A stretch of 64,000 bases of DNA from Minisyncoccota bacterium (GCA_028697455.1 JAQVEZ010000002.1:25486-89485), one strand, 5' to 3'; positions 28,962-39,812 are shown, counted from the stretch's first letter. Numbers and translations: made by a program. Notes: a model not told the origin generated them from the sequence alone.

Positions 28962-30155
28962 TTGGTCTCCCTTTTGGAGACCTACAAATGGCTTATCGAA
29001 ACAAATGCTCAAGACCCGTCTGGAAATGACCATACGGCGATATACCGCAATACAAAGCAAGAAAGAGTTATTGTAGCTACTCTCAGTATTTTGATTGTAC
29101 TCTTTACAATCGTTACTTTAACGAATAAATCTTCTGCGTCAGCCATAGCTGATCAATCAGCAAAGACAAACTCGCAAAAACTTGCTCTTCTCAGTTCTCC
29201 TGCCGAAGTTGATCCACGTGCTGTTGGCGGTCCTGCAGAAGCAAAAATAGATAATAAGCTTGCACTCCTTTTGCCTCAAACAACAATCAATCATAATAAT
29301 GATGTTGCTCTCAAAAATATTGAAGTGAACTCTGACGGAATTATTCTCTATACCGTACACGAAGGAGATACCCTTTCTGAAATTGCTGAATACTTCGATG
29401 TTTCCACCAACACTATTCGTTGGGAAAATAACATTAATGGAAACACCATCAAGAAGGGGCAGGAATTGAAAATCCTTCCTATCACAGGAGTTCGTCACAC
29501 AATTAAAAGTGGTGATACTCTCACTAAGATTGCAAAAGAATATGGAGTCGATCCTCTTGATATTGCTATTTACAACTATCAAGAAATCGAAACACTCTCT
29601 ACTCAAGCAGAATTAGGATCTGCCAAAAGCACAGACGTAAATGAGGCAGTAAAAAATGTCAAACTCAAGACGGGAGAAAAAATTATTATTCCAAACGGAG
29701 TAAAGAAAGCACCTGTTCAAAGTACTAGTGGGGCAAAAAGTTCAAATAGCAATACTTCGTCAAGCAGTTCTTCATCGCAAAACAACGGATTCTATGCAAG
29801 ACCCGCAAAAGGAGTTGTTACCTCTCTCATGGGTGCTCGTTGGGGACGCTATCACTATGGAATTGACTTTGGTGGAAATATTGGGGATCCTATCTATGCA
29901 ACTGCCAGTGGAACCGTAAAGCAAATAGGCTGCGGAACTGGATATGGAAAATGTCTCATCATTCAACACAGCAACGGAACCGAATCTCTCTATGCGCATA
30001 CGAGCGAAATCCTTGTAAGTTCTGGAGCAAAAGTAAAGCAAGGAGATCTTATCGCAAAAATAGGAAATACCGGAAACGTTACTGGGCCTCACCTTCACTT
30101 TGAAGTTCGAGATTCTAACTCTGGACAGAGAAAAAACATGAACTATATGAAATAA
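28962..30155 (+). CDS. LysM-domain M23 (LytM-type) peptidoglycan endopeptidase
   Basis: N-terminal TM; two LysM repeats (YTVHEGDTLSEIAEYFDV...; IKSGDTLTKIAKEYGVDPLDIAIYN); C-terminal M23 motifs HYGIDFGG...PHLHFEV. Confidence 0.8.
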   Translation: MVSLLETYKWLIETNAQDPSGNDHTAIYRNTKQERVIVATLSILIVLFTIVTLTNKSSASAIADQSAKTNSQKLALLSSPAEVDPRAVGGPAEAKIDNKLALLLPQTTINHNNDVALKNIEVNSDGIILYTVHEGDTLSEIAEYFDVSTNTIRWENNINGNTIKKGQELKILPITGVRHTIKSGDTLTKIAKEYGVDPLDIAIYNYQEIETLSTQAELGSAKSTDVNEAVKNVKLKTGEKIIIPNGVKKAPVQSTSGAKSSNSNTSSSSSSSQNNGFYARPAKGVVTSLMGARWGRYHYGIDFGGNIGDPIYATASGTVKQIGCGTGYGKCLIIQHSNGTESLYAHTSEILVSSGAKVKQGDLIAKIGNTGNVTGPHLHFEVRDSNSGQRKNMNYMK

Positions 30156-30181
30156 AAAGACACGTTGTGTGTCTTTTTATT
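30155..30181. terminator. Bidirectional terminator between the M23 peptidase gene and comM
   Basis: AAGACACgttgtGTGTCTTTTT. Confidence 0.5.
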
Positions 30182-31738
30182 TTACTGTTGGGGTCGATAT
30201 TGGAGCGCTTCAAGAATGTGATTTTGTTCAATGTTTGCTGCTCCTTCGAGATCGGCAATCGTACGAGCAACCTTAATCACACGATGAAACGCCCGCGGAG
30301 AGAGTCCCATCTTCTTTGCACTTGTTTCAAGAAGGTTTCTGGTCGCCTCATCAAAAAATTCTTCTTGGATGTTCTTTGCGTTGAGTTCGTTATTAAGAAA
30401 CTCTTTGCCGTATCTCTTGAGGCTTCGTGCAAACTGAATATCTCGCGCATCCGAAACTCTTTGCCGTAATAGATGAGAACTCTCTCCTTGATGATCATTA
30501 TGAGTGAGTTCTCGATACTCGACGTGTTCGACCGGAACCCACAAATCAATCCTATCGATAAGAGGCCCCGATATTTTTGAACGATAACGAGCAATCTGTG
30601 AAGCAGTACAAACACAGCGCCCATTGCTCGATCCATAAAATCCACAAGGACACGGATTCATCGCTGCAACAAAAATAAAATGGGCAGGAAATCGAACACT
30701 TCCCTTTGCTCGAGAAATATCAACAACCCTGTCTTCAAGAGGCTGACGCAAGCTCTCAATCACTCTCTTGTCGAATTCTGGAAACTCATCAAGGAAAAGA
30801 ACTCCACGATGAGCAAGACTCACTTCACCAGGACGCGGGGTCGTCCCCCCACCAATAAGGGCAACATAACTTGCTGTATGGTGAGGAGTTCGGAGAGGAA
30901 CTTCAGTCATATACTCAAGTGGTTTCATTCCACCAGTAACACTATGAATCGTAATCACCTCAAGGAGATGCTCTTTTTTAAGCGGGGGAAGGATTGAACA
31001 AAAAGCACGGGCAAGCATGGTCTTTCCAGTTCCGGGAGGACCAAACATACAGATATTATGTCCACCAGCAGCAGCGATCTCGAGACCTCTTTTCGCAAGG
31101 AGTTGTCCTCGGATATCTACAAAATCTGTCGTTGAAACAAGAGGAACTTTTTCTAAAAGAGGGAGAGAGGAGGATTGAGGAGTAATCTTTTTGTGAAGTT
31201 CATGTTTTTCATCAAGGTGTAAAACAAGTTCAGTTAGTGTTTCTACAGGATAGATACAAATACCATCAACAAGAGCAGCTTCCTCCCTATTTTCAAAAGG
31301 AACAAAAATTTCTTCAAAGCCAGCTTTTTTTGCAGCTTGAACAATGGGAAGAATCCCCAAAACAGGACGAACGGTCCCATCAAGTGACAACTCCCCAATA
31401 AAAACTTTCTTTTCTTTTTCAAAAGAGAGTTCTTCACTGGCAAGAAGATATGCAAGAGCAATGGCAACATCGTGATACGACCCTTCTTTTTTGAGATCAG
31501 CAGGTACGAGAGAAACAACGAGTTTTTCATTTTTTGATTTTGGGGAAGAAAAATGAGAATTCTTAAGAGCAGAACTTACTCGATCACGCGCTTCATCAAC
31601 AGCCTTCGATGCCATCCCTACAATAACAAAAGAGTGGAGGCCTCGTGAAATATCAACCTCAACCGTAATAACAGCTCCCTCTAGGTATTCAGGCTGTGCG
31701 GAGAATACGCGTGAAAACTTCATACCCTTATTATACAT
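30182..31738 (-). CDS. comM: ComM/YifB family Mg-chelatase-like AAA+ ATPase
   Basis: GPPGTGKTMLARAF Walker A, LFLDEFPEF, C-terminal ChlI-like domain; about 510 aa. A start at ATG 31723 (MKFSRVF) is also possible. Confidence 0.85.
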   Translation of the reverse strand: MYNKGMKFSRVFSAQPEYLEGAVITVEVDISRGLHSFVIVGMASKAVDEARDRVSSALKNSHFSSPKSKNEKLVVSLVPADLKKEGSYHDVAIALAYLLASEELSFEKEKKVFIGELSLDGTVRPVLGILPIVQAAKKAGFEEIFVPFENREEAALVDGICIYPVETLTELVLHLDEKHELHKKITPQSSSLPLLEKVPLVSTTDFVDIRGQLLAKRGLEIAAAGGHNICMFGPPGTGKTMLARAFCSILPPLKKEHLLEVITIHSVTGGMKPLEYMTEVPLRTPHHTASYVALIGGGTTPRPGEVSLAHRGVLFLDEFPEFDKRVIESLRQPLEDRVVDISRAKGSVRFPAHFIFVAAMNPCPCGFYGSSNGRCVCTASQIARYRSKISGPLIDRIDLWVPVEHVEYRELTHNDHQGESSHLLRQRVSDARDIQFARSLKRYGKEFLNNELNAKNIQEEFFDEATRNLLETSAKKMGLSPRAFHRVIKVARTIADLEGAANIEQNHILEALQYRPQQ

Positions 31739-31768
31739 AAAAAAGAGAAAAGTTTCCCTTTCTCTTTT

Positions 31769-32122
31769 TTACTGTGCGTATTCCGCTTTTGTTGTCGCTG
31801 AAGGATTTGCAAGAAGTCGCTCTTCTGGGATAGGATCTCCAGAAACCTCACAAATACCATAGGTGCCATTCTCAATAGCACGAAGTGCTTTTTCAATTTG
31901 CTTAAGCCCTGCTTCAAGAACATTCAATCGTGCAATTTTTTCTTCAAAATCTTCTGTAATATCTGCGTCGTCATTTGGGTCAGCCGTGCTTCCTTCACTA
32001 TCTTCAGGAAGGACCATCCAATCTCCATCCCCTTCTTTTACTCCAAGTGCATTAAGATCACTTTCAATTTCTTCTTTTTGTTTAAGAAGTATTTCTTTTT
32101 GTTTATTAATATCAATAGCCAT
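31769..32122 (-). CDS. DksA/TraR-family protein with a degenerate zinc finger
   Basis: 117 aa; coiled-coil N-terminus with acidic tip, C-terminal GTYGICEVSGDPIPEERL resembles the DksA finger but with only one Cys. Confidence 0.55.
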   Translation of the reverse strand: MAIDINKQKEILLKQKEEIESDLNALGVKEGDGDWMVLPEDSEGSTADPNDDADITEDFEEKIARLNVLEAGLKQIEKALRAIENGTYGICEVSGDPIPEERLLANPSATTKAEYAQ

Positions 32123-32161
32123 AACAATAGTGTAACAATTTATTTTAAAAAATACAGGATG

Positions 32162-35100
32162 CTATTGTGTGAGATAATTATACAAGGCTCTTCTCTTTAT
32201 TATCTCATTAATAACAATTTCATCTCGTGCAATAAGGATAGTGTTCTCATCAAGGAAAGTATAGAGCAAAACAACATCCCCTTCATTAAGGTTATCTCCT
32301 GCTGCATCAACAAGGTAATCTCGAACTCCTGGACCAAAGAGACCTTCAAGGATTCCCTTTCCTTCAAGGTATCCTTGGGGGTTCAAAGCAAAACCTGAAC
32401 CAAGATATCCTTTTTCTCGAATAAGAGCATTGAGCGCATCGTAGGTTTCGGGAGAAATGACACAACTAACAGGATCCGCAATCTCAAGCCCGTTATCAGC
32501 CTGAAATTCCTGAAGTGCCTGACATGTTTCTGCGTCAAAAACTCCATTAATTTGTGAGATAGTATAGCCTTCGGCAAAGAGAATCACCTGAAGATTTTGA
32601 ACAAGTGTTCCGTAAGAACCAAGCCCTTGAACAATCGTTATTTGTCCTTCCCCAAGAACTCCTGATCCATCAACAGTTCCAGACCCTCCAAGAGCTCCTC
32701 CTGTTGTTCCTCCTGCGGTACCGCTTGGGCCAAAGTAATCATTGATAATTGCGTCGTTCCCAACAATGCTCTCTCCTCCTTCGATAATTTCCTGAAGAAG
32801 TTCAAGAGTCGGCGGATCAATAATTCCTGTCACCTGAAGAGCGTTGGCAAGTTGTAATTGAGAAATAGCATCTTGAGTTACAAGATCAAGAGAGCCTGTA
32901 ACAGAAATTGGGTCAAGGAGTCCGAGAAGTACCAATGCTTGCTGGATAGGAATCATTCCAGCAACACTTTGTCCTGCATAGATACTAATTCCTTGTGGAA
33001 TTGGATCAAGGGTGCTCCACTGTAAGGTATTTGCTATACCGAGCGTACACTTTACAAGATCAATAATGTAGCGGAGTGATCCATAGAAGTTAAGATTCCC
33101 ATTTGGTCCTTCTTGAGGCATATCAAGATCTGGATCAATAGCATCAAGAAAGACTTCAAGATCGTGGAGGAAGGAAATAACTTGCCGAGCTTCTTCTATC
33201 TGGAGAACGTTTGCATATGCAATTTGTTCTAGAAAATCGGCTGTCTGATGAAGTGTTTGGATAAATGACTGAGAAAGTCCGAGAACCGCTCCAATATTTG
33301 CAAGAAAACGAATTTCAAACGCAGCTTGAGCTAATCGTTGTTGAATTTCCTGAGTTGTGAGGTCACTACACTTATCATTAACATCAATCGTTGTGGTAAC
33401 ACCACCAAGTGGCTCAAAACAAAATTTATAATTTCCATACAAAGGAGCGTCTGGTGAATCGGGATTTACCACTCCTCCTTCTTGGGTAATACACAATCGA
33501 TTGCTTCGTGTTTGTGGGGCGATACAAGTAACGCCTTGCATTGACGATGCTGAGCTTATGTAAGGAATATAGGTTCCATCAGCATCAAAACACAATGTCT
33601 GCTGATTAATATTTTTCATTGAAAGAAGGTCAGTAAATTGACGACATACTTTCCTTCCTTCAAAGTCATAAGGTACTCTTTGAGTACTTTGACGGCACAC
33701 AATTCCCGGTTCTCCTTCACGGATAGAAGAAACTTCAATATTTGTTCTCTCATCGATACAAACATATTTGTAACAATGATAAGAAGAGAAACAAAATCCA
33801 TAAGGATTATTTACGTCACCGAGAAGTTCTTGTTGTTCTACCGTAAGTCGTTGTCCAGAGATAGGGTCAAAACAAATATCTTTGGTGTATGAGATTTGCC
33901 CAATCTCTTGATTCCCTGTGGTAGCTCCGTTTCCTTCGGTTCCAAGCTGACAGTTTCCTCCAACAATATCAATACAATAATATCCTGGTTCTCCCTCATG
34001 AGAGCTGTCAAAAACCTGTCCTGGAAAATTATTGTTATAACAAACAATTTGCCCATTAGAACATTGACCTGCTTGTGAAGACCCTCCTCCGCCAAGAACA
34101 ACCCCTTCAGGCTCAACGGATTCAAGTTCAAGCTGAATATCGAGCGGCATGGTTTTTCCTTGTGGAACAGCGATTTCCTTAAGCGTATAAACTGCTGAGT
34201 TATCCAAGGTCGCTCCTCCTGCAACAAGGGTAAAGTTTCCAAGTGGTCCCATAAAACTATACTGACCACTTCCTCCAGTGTCACCCCCTTTTGAAGGGCT
34301 CTCTTTTACAAATACAGGAACATCAAAAACAAGATTCCCGTATTCGTCAGTAACGGTTCCAAAAATAGAACGTTCTGTTTGAGCAAAAACTGATGGAATA
34401 TCAAAAAGATTTCTCAATGGTTTTCCGAGGTAGGTAAGAAGACCTTCTTCACCTTCTTCTGAGATTCCACTATCATGAGGGATCTCCTCAGTTTCTCCAT
34501 TTTGTTTCCCCCCAAAACTATCTCCAATACTTCTCAAAAAATCAGAAATTCCTTTTCGATCACGACTTCGAGGGAGAAAACGAGCAACTCTTACGTTCTT
34601 GTTCTTAATAAGACTGTCTTCAAACCCTGGATTCAGGAGACTTCTATCATTCGCATCATTAGGAAGATCAAGAAATGGTGAGAGGTCGTCAATCATTGTC
34701 GATTCCCATTCCTTCATTCCGAGATAAGCTCGGTCATATGAAAGGGGTTTTAAAATCAAGAAAGGATAGTTTTTATCCGAGGTATAGACCCCATGCATAA
34801 AGGTGTTTTCGATATTGTCATAGAGTAAATCAGGAACAAGAGATCCTGTTCTATCAAAAACATCTTTTATTCCAAGTCTTCTGAGATTTCCAACATTATC
34901 CTGCTCAACATAATAAATTTGATCAACAGAATCTTTTGAGTGTTTTCTCTCAGTAACTTGTCGTATTGCTTGTTTAGTTCTCGCCGTATCAACTCCTGTT
35001 AAATTAATTCCTGTGTTGGTATCGGCATACACCAAAGAAGAAACTTTCTGCCCTTCAATAATCTCAACTTTTTGAGTTTTTGAGTTTTTGAGGATTGTAC

Positions 35101-35653
35101 TCAAAACCCCAACACTCGCAAGGAGAAAAATTAATGTTCCTGCAAGAAAAAGAAGGTTCTTTCGCGAACGAGGTGAATGAATCTTTTTTTCTTCATCCTC
35201 AAAACGAGAACGACGAATAAGTTCAGACATTGTTGAAGGCTCACTTGATTCCATTGCCTGTGAAAGATCTGAATAGTAAGTCTGCTCAATTCCTGGAGGT
35301 GCCTGAAAATCTTCTTCAGAAACTTTTTGCGCACGAAGAATTTCTTCACGAAGTTTTGAAATAGCTTCTTCCTCGGAAGAATTTTCTAAAGGATTTTCAG
35401 TTGGAAGCTGATCCTCTTCTCGAGAAAAATCTTCTCCAAAAGAAGAGCTCCTTTCTGCCTCATTTTCTTGCACTGGAAAAACTCCTGAGCTTTTGAGAAA
35501 ATCATTCTCAATTTCTTTTTTGAGAGACTCAATATCCTGTTCAGGAGAAACCTCAGATTGAAGTGGTGACAAAGGTAAATCGTTAACATCATTTTCTTCG
35601 TCCTGAAGAGAAATACTTCGTTTCCAATTTATCTTTTTTTGATCATCATTCAT
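32162..35653 (-). CDS. Giant membrane-anchored surface protein with a Cys-rich region and peptidoglycan-binding-like C-terminal repeats
   Basis: 1163 aa; acidic N-terminal tail, TM segment LLFLAGTLIFLLASVGVL, many Cys pairs (CYNNNFPG...CIDIVGGNC...), C-terminal FDAETCQALQEFQADNGLEIADPVSCVISPETYDALNAL resembling PG_binding_1 domains. Confidence 0.5.
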   Translation of the reverse strand: MNDDQKKINWKRSISLQDEENDVNDLPLSPLQSEVSPEQDIESLKKEIENDFLKSSGVFPVQENEAERSSSFGEDFSREEDQLPTENPLENSSEEEAISKLREEILRAQKVSEEDFQAPPGIEQTYYSDLSQAMESSEPSTMSELIRRSRFEDEEKKIHSPRSRKNLLFLAGTLIFLLASVGVLSTILKNSKTQKVEIIEGQKVSSLVYADTNTGINLTGVDTARTKQAIRQVTERKHSKDSVDQIYYVEQDNVGNLRRLGIKDVFDRTGSLVPDLLYDNIENTFMHGVYTSDKNYPFLILKPLSYDRAYLGMKEWESTMIDDLSPFLDLPNDANDRSLLNPGFEDSLIKNKNVRVARFLPRSRDRKGISDFLRSIGDSFGGKQNGETEEIPHDSGISEEGEEGLLTYLGKPLRNLFDIPSVFAQTERSIFGTVTDEYGNLVFDVPVFVKESPSKGGDTGGSGQYSFMGPLGNFTLVAGGATLDNSAVYTLKEIAVPQGKTMPLDIQLELESVEPEGVVLGGGGSSQAGQCSNGQIVCYNNNFPGQVFDSSHEGEPGYYCIDIVGGNCQLGTEGNGATTGNQEIGQISYTKDICFDPISGQRLTVEQQELLGDVNNPYGFCFSSYHCYKYVCIDERTNIEVSSIREGEPGIVCRQSTQRVPYDFEGRKVCRQFTDLLSMKNINQQTLCFDADGTYIPYISSASSMQGVTCIAPQTRSNRLCITQEGGVVNPDSPDAPLYGNYKFCFEPLGGVTTTIDVNDKCSDLTTQEIQQRLAQAAFEIRFLANIGAVLGLSQSFIQTLHQTADFLEQIAYANVLQIEEARQVISFLHDLEVFLDAIDPDLDMPQEGPNGNLNFYGSLRYIIDLVKCTLGIANTLQWSTLDPIPQGISIYAGQSVAGMIPIQQALVLLGLLDPISVTGSLDLVTQDAISQLQLANALQVTGIIDPPTLELLQEIIEGGESIVGNDAIINDYFGPSGTAGGTTGGALGGSGTVDGSGVLGEGQITIVQGLGSYGTLVQNLQVILFAEGYTISQINGVFDAETCQALQEFQADNGLEIADPVSCVISPETYDALNALIREKGYLGSGFALNPQGYLEGKGILEGLFGPGVRDYLVDAAGDNLNEGDVVLLYTFLDENTILIARDEIVINEIIKRRALYNYLTQ

Positions 35654-35712
35654 ATAAAACTATTGTAGCGTGAAGCGCATATAAAAACAATAAAAAAACC
35701 GCCTTATGGCGA

Positions 35713-35979
35713 TTATTTTTTTAATCCAAGTTTTTGGATAAGTTCCTGATAAGCTGCTTCATCCTTATTCTTAAAATTACGAAGTAATTTTCGACGAGTA
35801 TCTACCATTTTGATAAGTCCGCGTCGTGAATGGATGTCTTTTTTGTGGACCTTGAGGTGTTCAGTCAATTCCAAAATCCGTTCAGTCAAAAGAGCAATTT
35901 GCACTTGAGGAGAACCGGTGTCAGAATCGTGCGTTTTTACACCCGCGATAACGTCCTTTTTCTTCTTTGTTGTTAACAT
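35713..35979 (-). CDS. rpsO: 30S ribosomal protein S15
   Basis: [50 protein letters not shown] is a canonical S15 sequence; 88 aa. Confidence 0.9.
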   Translation of the reverse strand: MLTTKKKKDVIAGVKTHDSDTGSPQVQIALLTERILELTEHLKVHKKDIHSRRGLIKMVDTRRKLLRNFKNKDEAAYQELIQKLGLKK

Positions 35980-36112
35980 AACAGAGTGTATCTTAGCACA
36001 GATTGTTGTTTTTGCAAATTAAAAAGGCTTCGACCAAGACTTTTTCTCCCATCCTTAAAATCCTTCTCATTTTTTATTATTTTGCGACGCTTAAATCTGT
36101 TATACTTGGCTT

Positions 36113-37033
36113 ATGGAAATACAGCGTGCTCTTAAACAATTCTTGGAATATCTTGAAATAGAAAAAGGACGAAGTCTCAAAACCGTTCGTAATTACAAAC
36201 ATTACATAAATCGTTTTATCATTTTTGGAAATCTCAAACACACCAAAGACATTAATGCTGAAACCGTTCGTTCCTTCCGACTCTATCTTAATCGACAACC
36301 AGGACAAAAATCTCAAGGACAAAGCTCAGGGACAATGAAAAAAAGGACACAGAACTACCACCTTATTGCTCTTCGTGTTTTCTTAAAATATCTTATGAAA
36401 CAAGGAATTTCGGTATATAGTCCTGATCATATTGAGCTTGCAAAAACAGGAGATCGCCACGTTGACCACCTTGAAAGTCATGAACTTTCTCGTCTTTTTG
36501 ATGCCGCAGAAAAACACCCACGAAATTACGCATTACTTCATATGCTCTTTTCTACAGGACTTCGTCTTTCTGAGCTTTGTTCTCTCAACCGAGATATTGA
36601 CCTTAATCAAGATGAACTGAGTATTAGAGGAAAAGGAGAAAAAATTCGTATTGTCTTTTTGAGTAAAGAAACAAAAGATGCTGTGCGCAAATATCTTAGC
36701 TCAAGGACTGATATCGATGAAGCGCTCTTTATTCAAGAAGGGCCTTCTCGTGTGAAACGAGAAGAAAATAATGAATCACTCAGATTAAGCCCTCGCTCTG
36801 TGGAACGTATAGTGAAACAAATGGCTCTTGAAGCAGGGATTTCAAAAAGAGTTACTCCTCATACCATTCGGCACTCCTTTGCCACTGATTTACTGAGAAA
36901 CGGCGCTGACATTAGAAGTGTCCAAATGATGCTAGGGCACAGCAATATTGCAACAACACAAATCTATACGCATATCACCGACAAGCAACTACGTGATATT
37001 CACAAAAAGTTTCACAACAAAAACAACGAGTGA
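36113..37033 (+). CDS. Tyrosine site-specific recombinase, XerC/XerD-like
   Basis: C-terminal catalytic block HTIRHSFATDLLRNGADIRSVQMMLGHSNIATTQIYTHI (R..H..R..Y); N-terminal SAM-like core-binding domain. Confidence 0.8.
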   Translation: MEIQRALKQFLEYLEIEKGRSLKTVRNYKHYINRFIIFGNLKHTKDINAETVRSFRLYLNRQPGQKSQGQSSGTMKKRTQNYHLIALRVFLKYLMKQGISVYSPDHIELAKTGDRHVDHLESHELSRLFDAAEKHPRNYALLHMLFSTGLRLSELCSLNRDIDLNQDELSIRGKGEKIRIVFLSKETKDAVRKYLSSRTDIDEALFIQEGPSRVKREENNESLRLSPRSVERIVKQMALEAGISKRVTPHTIRHSFATDLLRNGADIRSVQMMLGHSNIATTQIYTHITDKQLRDIHKKFHNKNNE

Positions 37034-37117
37034 AACCTTTTTAGGAAAAATTTTTTAAAGAAAAAATCTATCAAAGACATATCATTTTAAAAAGACAAAT
37101 TACTTTCAAAGAAAAAT

Positions 37118-37810
37118 TTGTTATACTACAAAGTAACTATGGATTACTCTCCTGAAAATCAAAAAAAATATTTTCAGTTTGCCTATCAGACAGGAAGCGA
37201 TATTTGGACTCACATTCCTTATTACAGCAAAGCACTTTCCTTTCTTCCTGAACTTGAAAAAGATTCTCTTGTTCTTGATATTGGCGGTGGTCGAGGGCTT
37301 TGGGCGCTCCACCTTCTCGAACAGGGTTATCGGGTTTTGGGAATTGATTACATTCCGTCTATTGTTGATAAAGTGAACGAAAGAATACGGGGCGAAGGGC
37401 TTACCGAGCGAGCGCGTTTTGTTGTCGGTGATGCAAAAGAAATTCCTTTTGTTGATGAAGGATTTGACCTTGTCACCGATATCGGAACCATGCAACACAT
37501 TGAGGCAAAAGACTGGGATCGATATGTCCAAGAAGTTTATCGTGTTTTAAAGAAAGACGGTTTTTATCTCAACGTCTCTTATTCAAGAAAAACCGACCAA
37601 TTCCTCGGTTGGAAACCAAAAAACTCAGCAACAGGGGATTTTAATAAGTTTGGGGTTTACTATCACTTTTTTACGGAAGACGAAATTAAAGAAATTTTTG
37701 GTAAAAAATTTGAGATCACCAAACAAGATTTCCAAATCTACGAATCAAAATCAGACCCTGAAGATAAAATTGTTCTTGTTTTTAGTATTATGAAAAAAAA
37801 GCAGTCCTAA
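37118..37810 (+). CDS. Class I SAM-dependent methyltransferase
   Basis: VLDIGGGRGLWALHLLEQGYRVLGIDY (motif I) and VVGDAKEIPFVDEGFDLV (motif II/III region). Confidence 0.7.
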   Translation: MLYYKVTMDYSPENQKKYFQFAYQTGSDIWTHIPYYSKALSFLPELEKDSLVLDIGGGRGLWALHLLEQGYRVLGIDYIPSIVDKVNERIRGEGLTERARFVVGDAKEIPFVDEGFDLVTDIGTMQHIEAKDWDRYVQEVYRVLKKDGFYLNVSYSRKTDQFLGWKPKNSATGDFNKFGVYYHFFTEDEIKEIFGKKFEITKQDFQIYESKSDPEDKIVLVFSIMKKKQS

Positions 37811-37843
37811 GACTGCTTTTGTTTTTTTGTCCAACATACAACA

Positions 37844-38299
37844 TCAACCCTGTTTTTCCCACACATTTTTTGTTGTGGTGGGAACAGCACAAAGCCGGTA
37901 AGGGTGAATAAGCTCACCAAACCGGTTTTTCCCATACGATCCACTCTTAATTCTATCAAGAGCGTTTTTAAGATCAATGATATACCCAGTAACCTTGGGA
38001 AGAACTGCTGCGTTCAACACTGAAACAGAAAGATCGTCCTCGTAAGGCTTTCTTCCTCTTCCGTTCTCCACACTTCTTTTTTCTTCGTCTTTAATAAAAT
38101 CAGAAGAAGCTTTGCATTGTTCGAATTTTTCTTTAATGATTTTCTCAAAGAAGTCCAACTCTTTTTGATGATAAGCTCGTTTCCCTTCAGGAAAAGAAAG
38201 TTTTCCATCTTTTTTCCAGATCTCTTCAGGAAAAAGTTCAAGAACCCTTTCTGAGAATCCAAATACATCTTTCCCATTACTGTAACCACCTGTATTCAT
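37844..38299 (-). CDS. Hypothetical protein
   Basis: 151-aa ORF; no recognisable motif. Confidence 0.4.
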   Translation of the reverse strand: MNTGGYSNGKDVFGFSERVLELFPEEIWKKDGKLSFPEGKRAYHQKELDFFEKIIKEKFEQCKASSDFIKDEEKRSVENGRGRKPYEDDLSVSVLNAAVLPKVTGYIIDLKNALDRIKSGSYGKNRFGELIHPYRLCAVPTTTKNVWEKQG

Positions 38300-38373
38300 A
38301 TTTTTTAAATTTTGAGTAAATTATAACCAATATAAAAAAAGAATCAAGAGTACCTCTGTGTTATGATAATGCT

Positions 38374-39156
38374 ATGAAAATCATTTCATGGAATGTAAAC
38401 GGTATACGCGCGTGGCAAGAAAAGGAAGGAACCCTTTCGTTTATAAGCCAAGAGTCTCCTGATATTCTTTGTTTTCAAGAAATAAAGGCACGTGAAGAAG
38501 ATATGAACCTCGGTCTCTTTGCTGAATACCAGCATGTTGTTATCAATAGTGCAGAAAAAAGAGGCTATTCAGGAACAGCAGTTTTTTCAAAAATACAACC
38601 TCTTTCAATAGCTTATGGGATAAAAAACAGCACTTACGATACTGAAGGACGTGTCATAACGATGGAATTTGAAAATTTTTTCCTCGTGAACGTCTACACC
38701 CCAAACTCAAAACCTGATTTATCGCGACTTGATTTCCGTTATGATAATTGGGATAGAGAATTTCTAAAACATCTCAAAAAACTTGAAACAAAAAAACCCG
38801 TAATAACCTGTGGGGATTTTAATGCTGCGCATACCAATATTGACATCGCTCGACCTGATGCCAACCGCACAACCAGTACCAAACCAGGAACGGCGGGATT
38901 TACCGACAAAGAACGAGAAGGGGTTAGTAATCTTATTGGGGCAGGATTTATTGATAGCTACCGTGCCCTCTTTCCAGAAAAAATTCAATACACCTGGTGG
39001 AGCTACCGTGCTTTTGCACGAGAGCGAAATGTTGGATGGAGGATTGATTATTTTTTTGTCTCAAGTTCTCTGAAAGAAAAACTCCAATCAGCAACGATTC
39101 ACGACGGCATAAAAGGGTCTGATCACTGCCCTATAAGTATTCAAATTAAAATTTGA
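38374..39156 (+). CDS. xth: Exodeoxyribonuclease III (AP endonuclease)
   Basis: MKIISWNVNGIRA, FQEIKAREED, TCGDFNAAHTNIDIARP, SDHCPISI are ExoIII/EEP family motifs. Confidence 0.85.
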   Translation: MKIISWNVNGIRAWQEKEGTLSFISQESPDILCFQEIKAREEDMNLGLFAEYQHVVINSAEKRGYSGTAVFSKIQPLSIAYGIKNSTYDTEGRVITMEFENFFLVNVYTPNSKPDLSRLDFRYDNWDREFLKHLKKLETKKPVITCGDFNAAHTNIDIARPDANRTTSTKPGTAGFTDKEREGVSNLIGAGFIDSYRALFPEKIQYTWWSYRAFARERNVGWRIDYFFVSSSLKEKLQSATIHDGIKGSDHCPISIQIKI

Positions 39157-39200
39157 CAAAAAAAGATAAAAAAGGTATTTTGTTAAAAAAATTTTAAATT

Positions 39201-39779
39201 ATGAAAAATACTGTCCCTACTATTTTGGCCATTGTTGCTATTGCATTTTTTTATTGGTTCGGCGCTCGTCCTTTCTACCAAGAATGGCAAGACGAACAAA
39301 AACAAAAACAATACCAGCAGGAACAATTAGCTGAGGAAGCTGAAGCCAAAAAAGCAGCTGAGGCAACCAACCCCGATTATTACAAACTCACCAGGCAAGA
39401 AGTTGCAGGGATGAAGGCAGCTATTGAGAAAAAACTGTCTTCTCTCGAACAAGAGGACTCATCAGGGTCACCCCGGGAGTTCTATCTCTACAAAGAGAAC
39501 GAACTCATGATAGAGATGGGTGAACTTGTAATTAATAAAGGAAACCTCAATAATTTTACCAAACCCTTTCTCACATGGGAAAGAAGTATGTATGATCTTG
39601 AGGATGAGAGCGGTGAAAAGTATGTTATAAACATATTTTCACAGGACGAGTCGTATTATTCTTATGGGTACGTCGTTGAGTCCTCCGATATTGACGGCTC
39701 AACAAAGGCGGTAAAAAGAGATGGGCTCTTCAGCCTATTTGCTCTCGATGCTGCGAACGACTTTGAGTCATTCCAGTAA
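39201..39779 (+). CDS. Hypothetical membrane-anchored protein with a Gln/Glu-rich coiled coil
   Basis: N-terminal TM segment VPTILAIVAIAFFYWF; 192 aa. Confidence 0.45.
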   Translation: MKNTVPTILAIVAIAFFYWFGARPFYQEWQDEQKQKQYQQEQLAEEAEAKKAAEATNPDYYKLTRQEVAGMKAAIEKKLSSLEQEDSSGSPREFYLYKENELMIEMGELVINKGNLNNFTKPFLTWERSMYDLEDESGEKYVINIFSQDESYYSYGYVVESSDIDGSTKAVKRDGLFSLFALDAANDFESFQ

Positions 39780-39812
39780 TAAAGGGAAACAACTGAAACA
39801 AAAAAATTTAAA

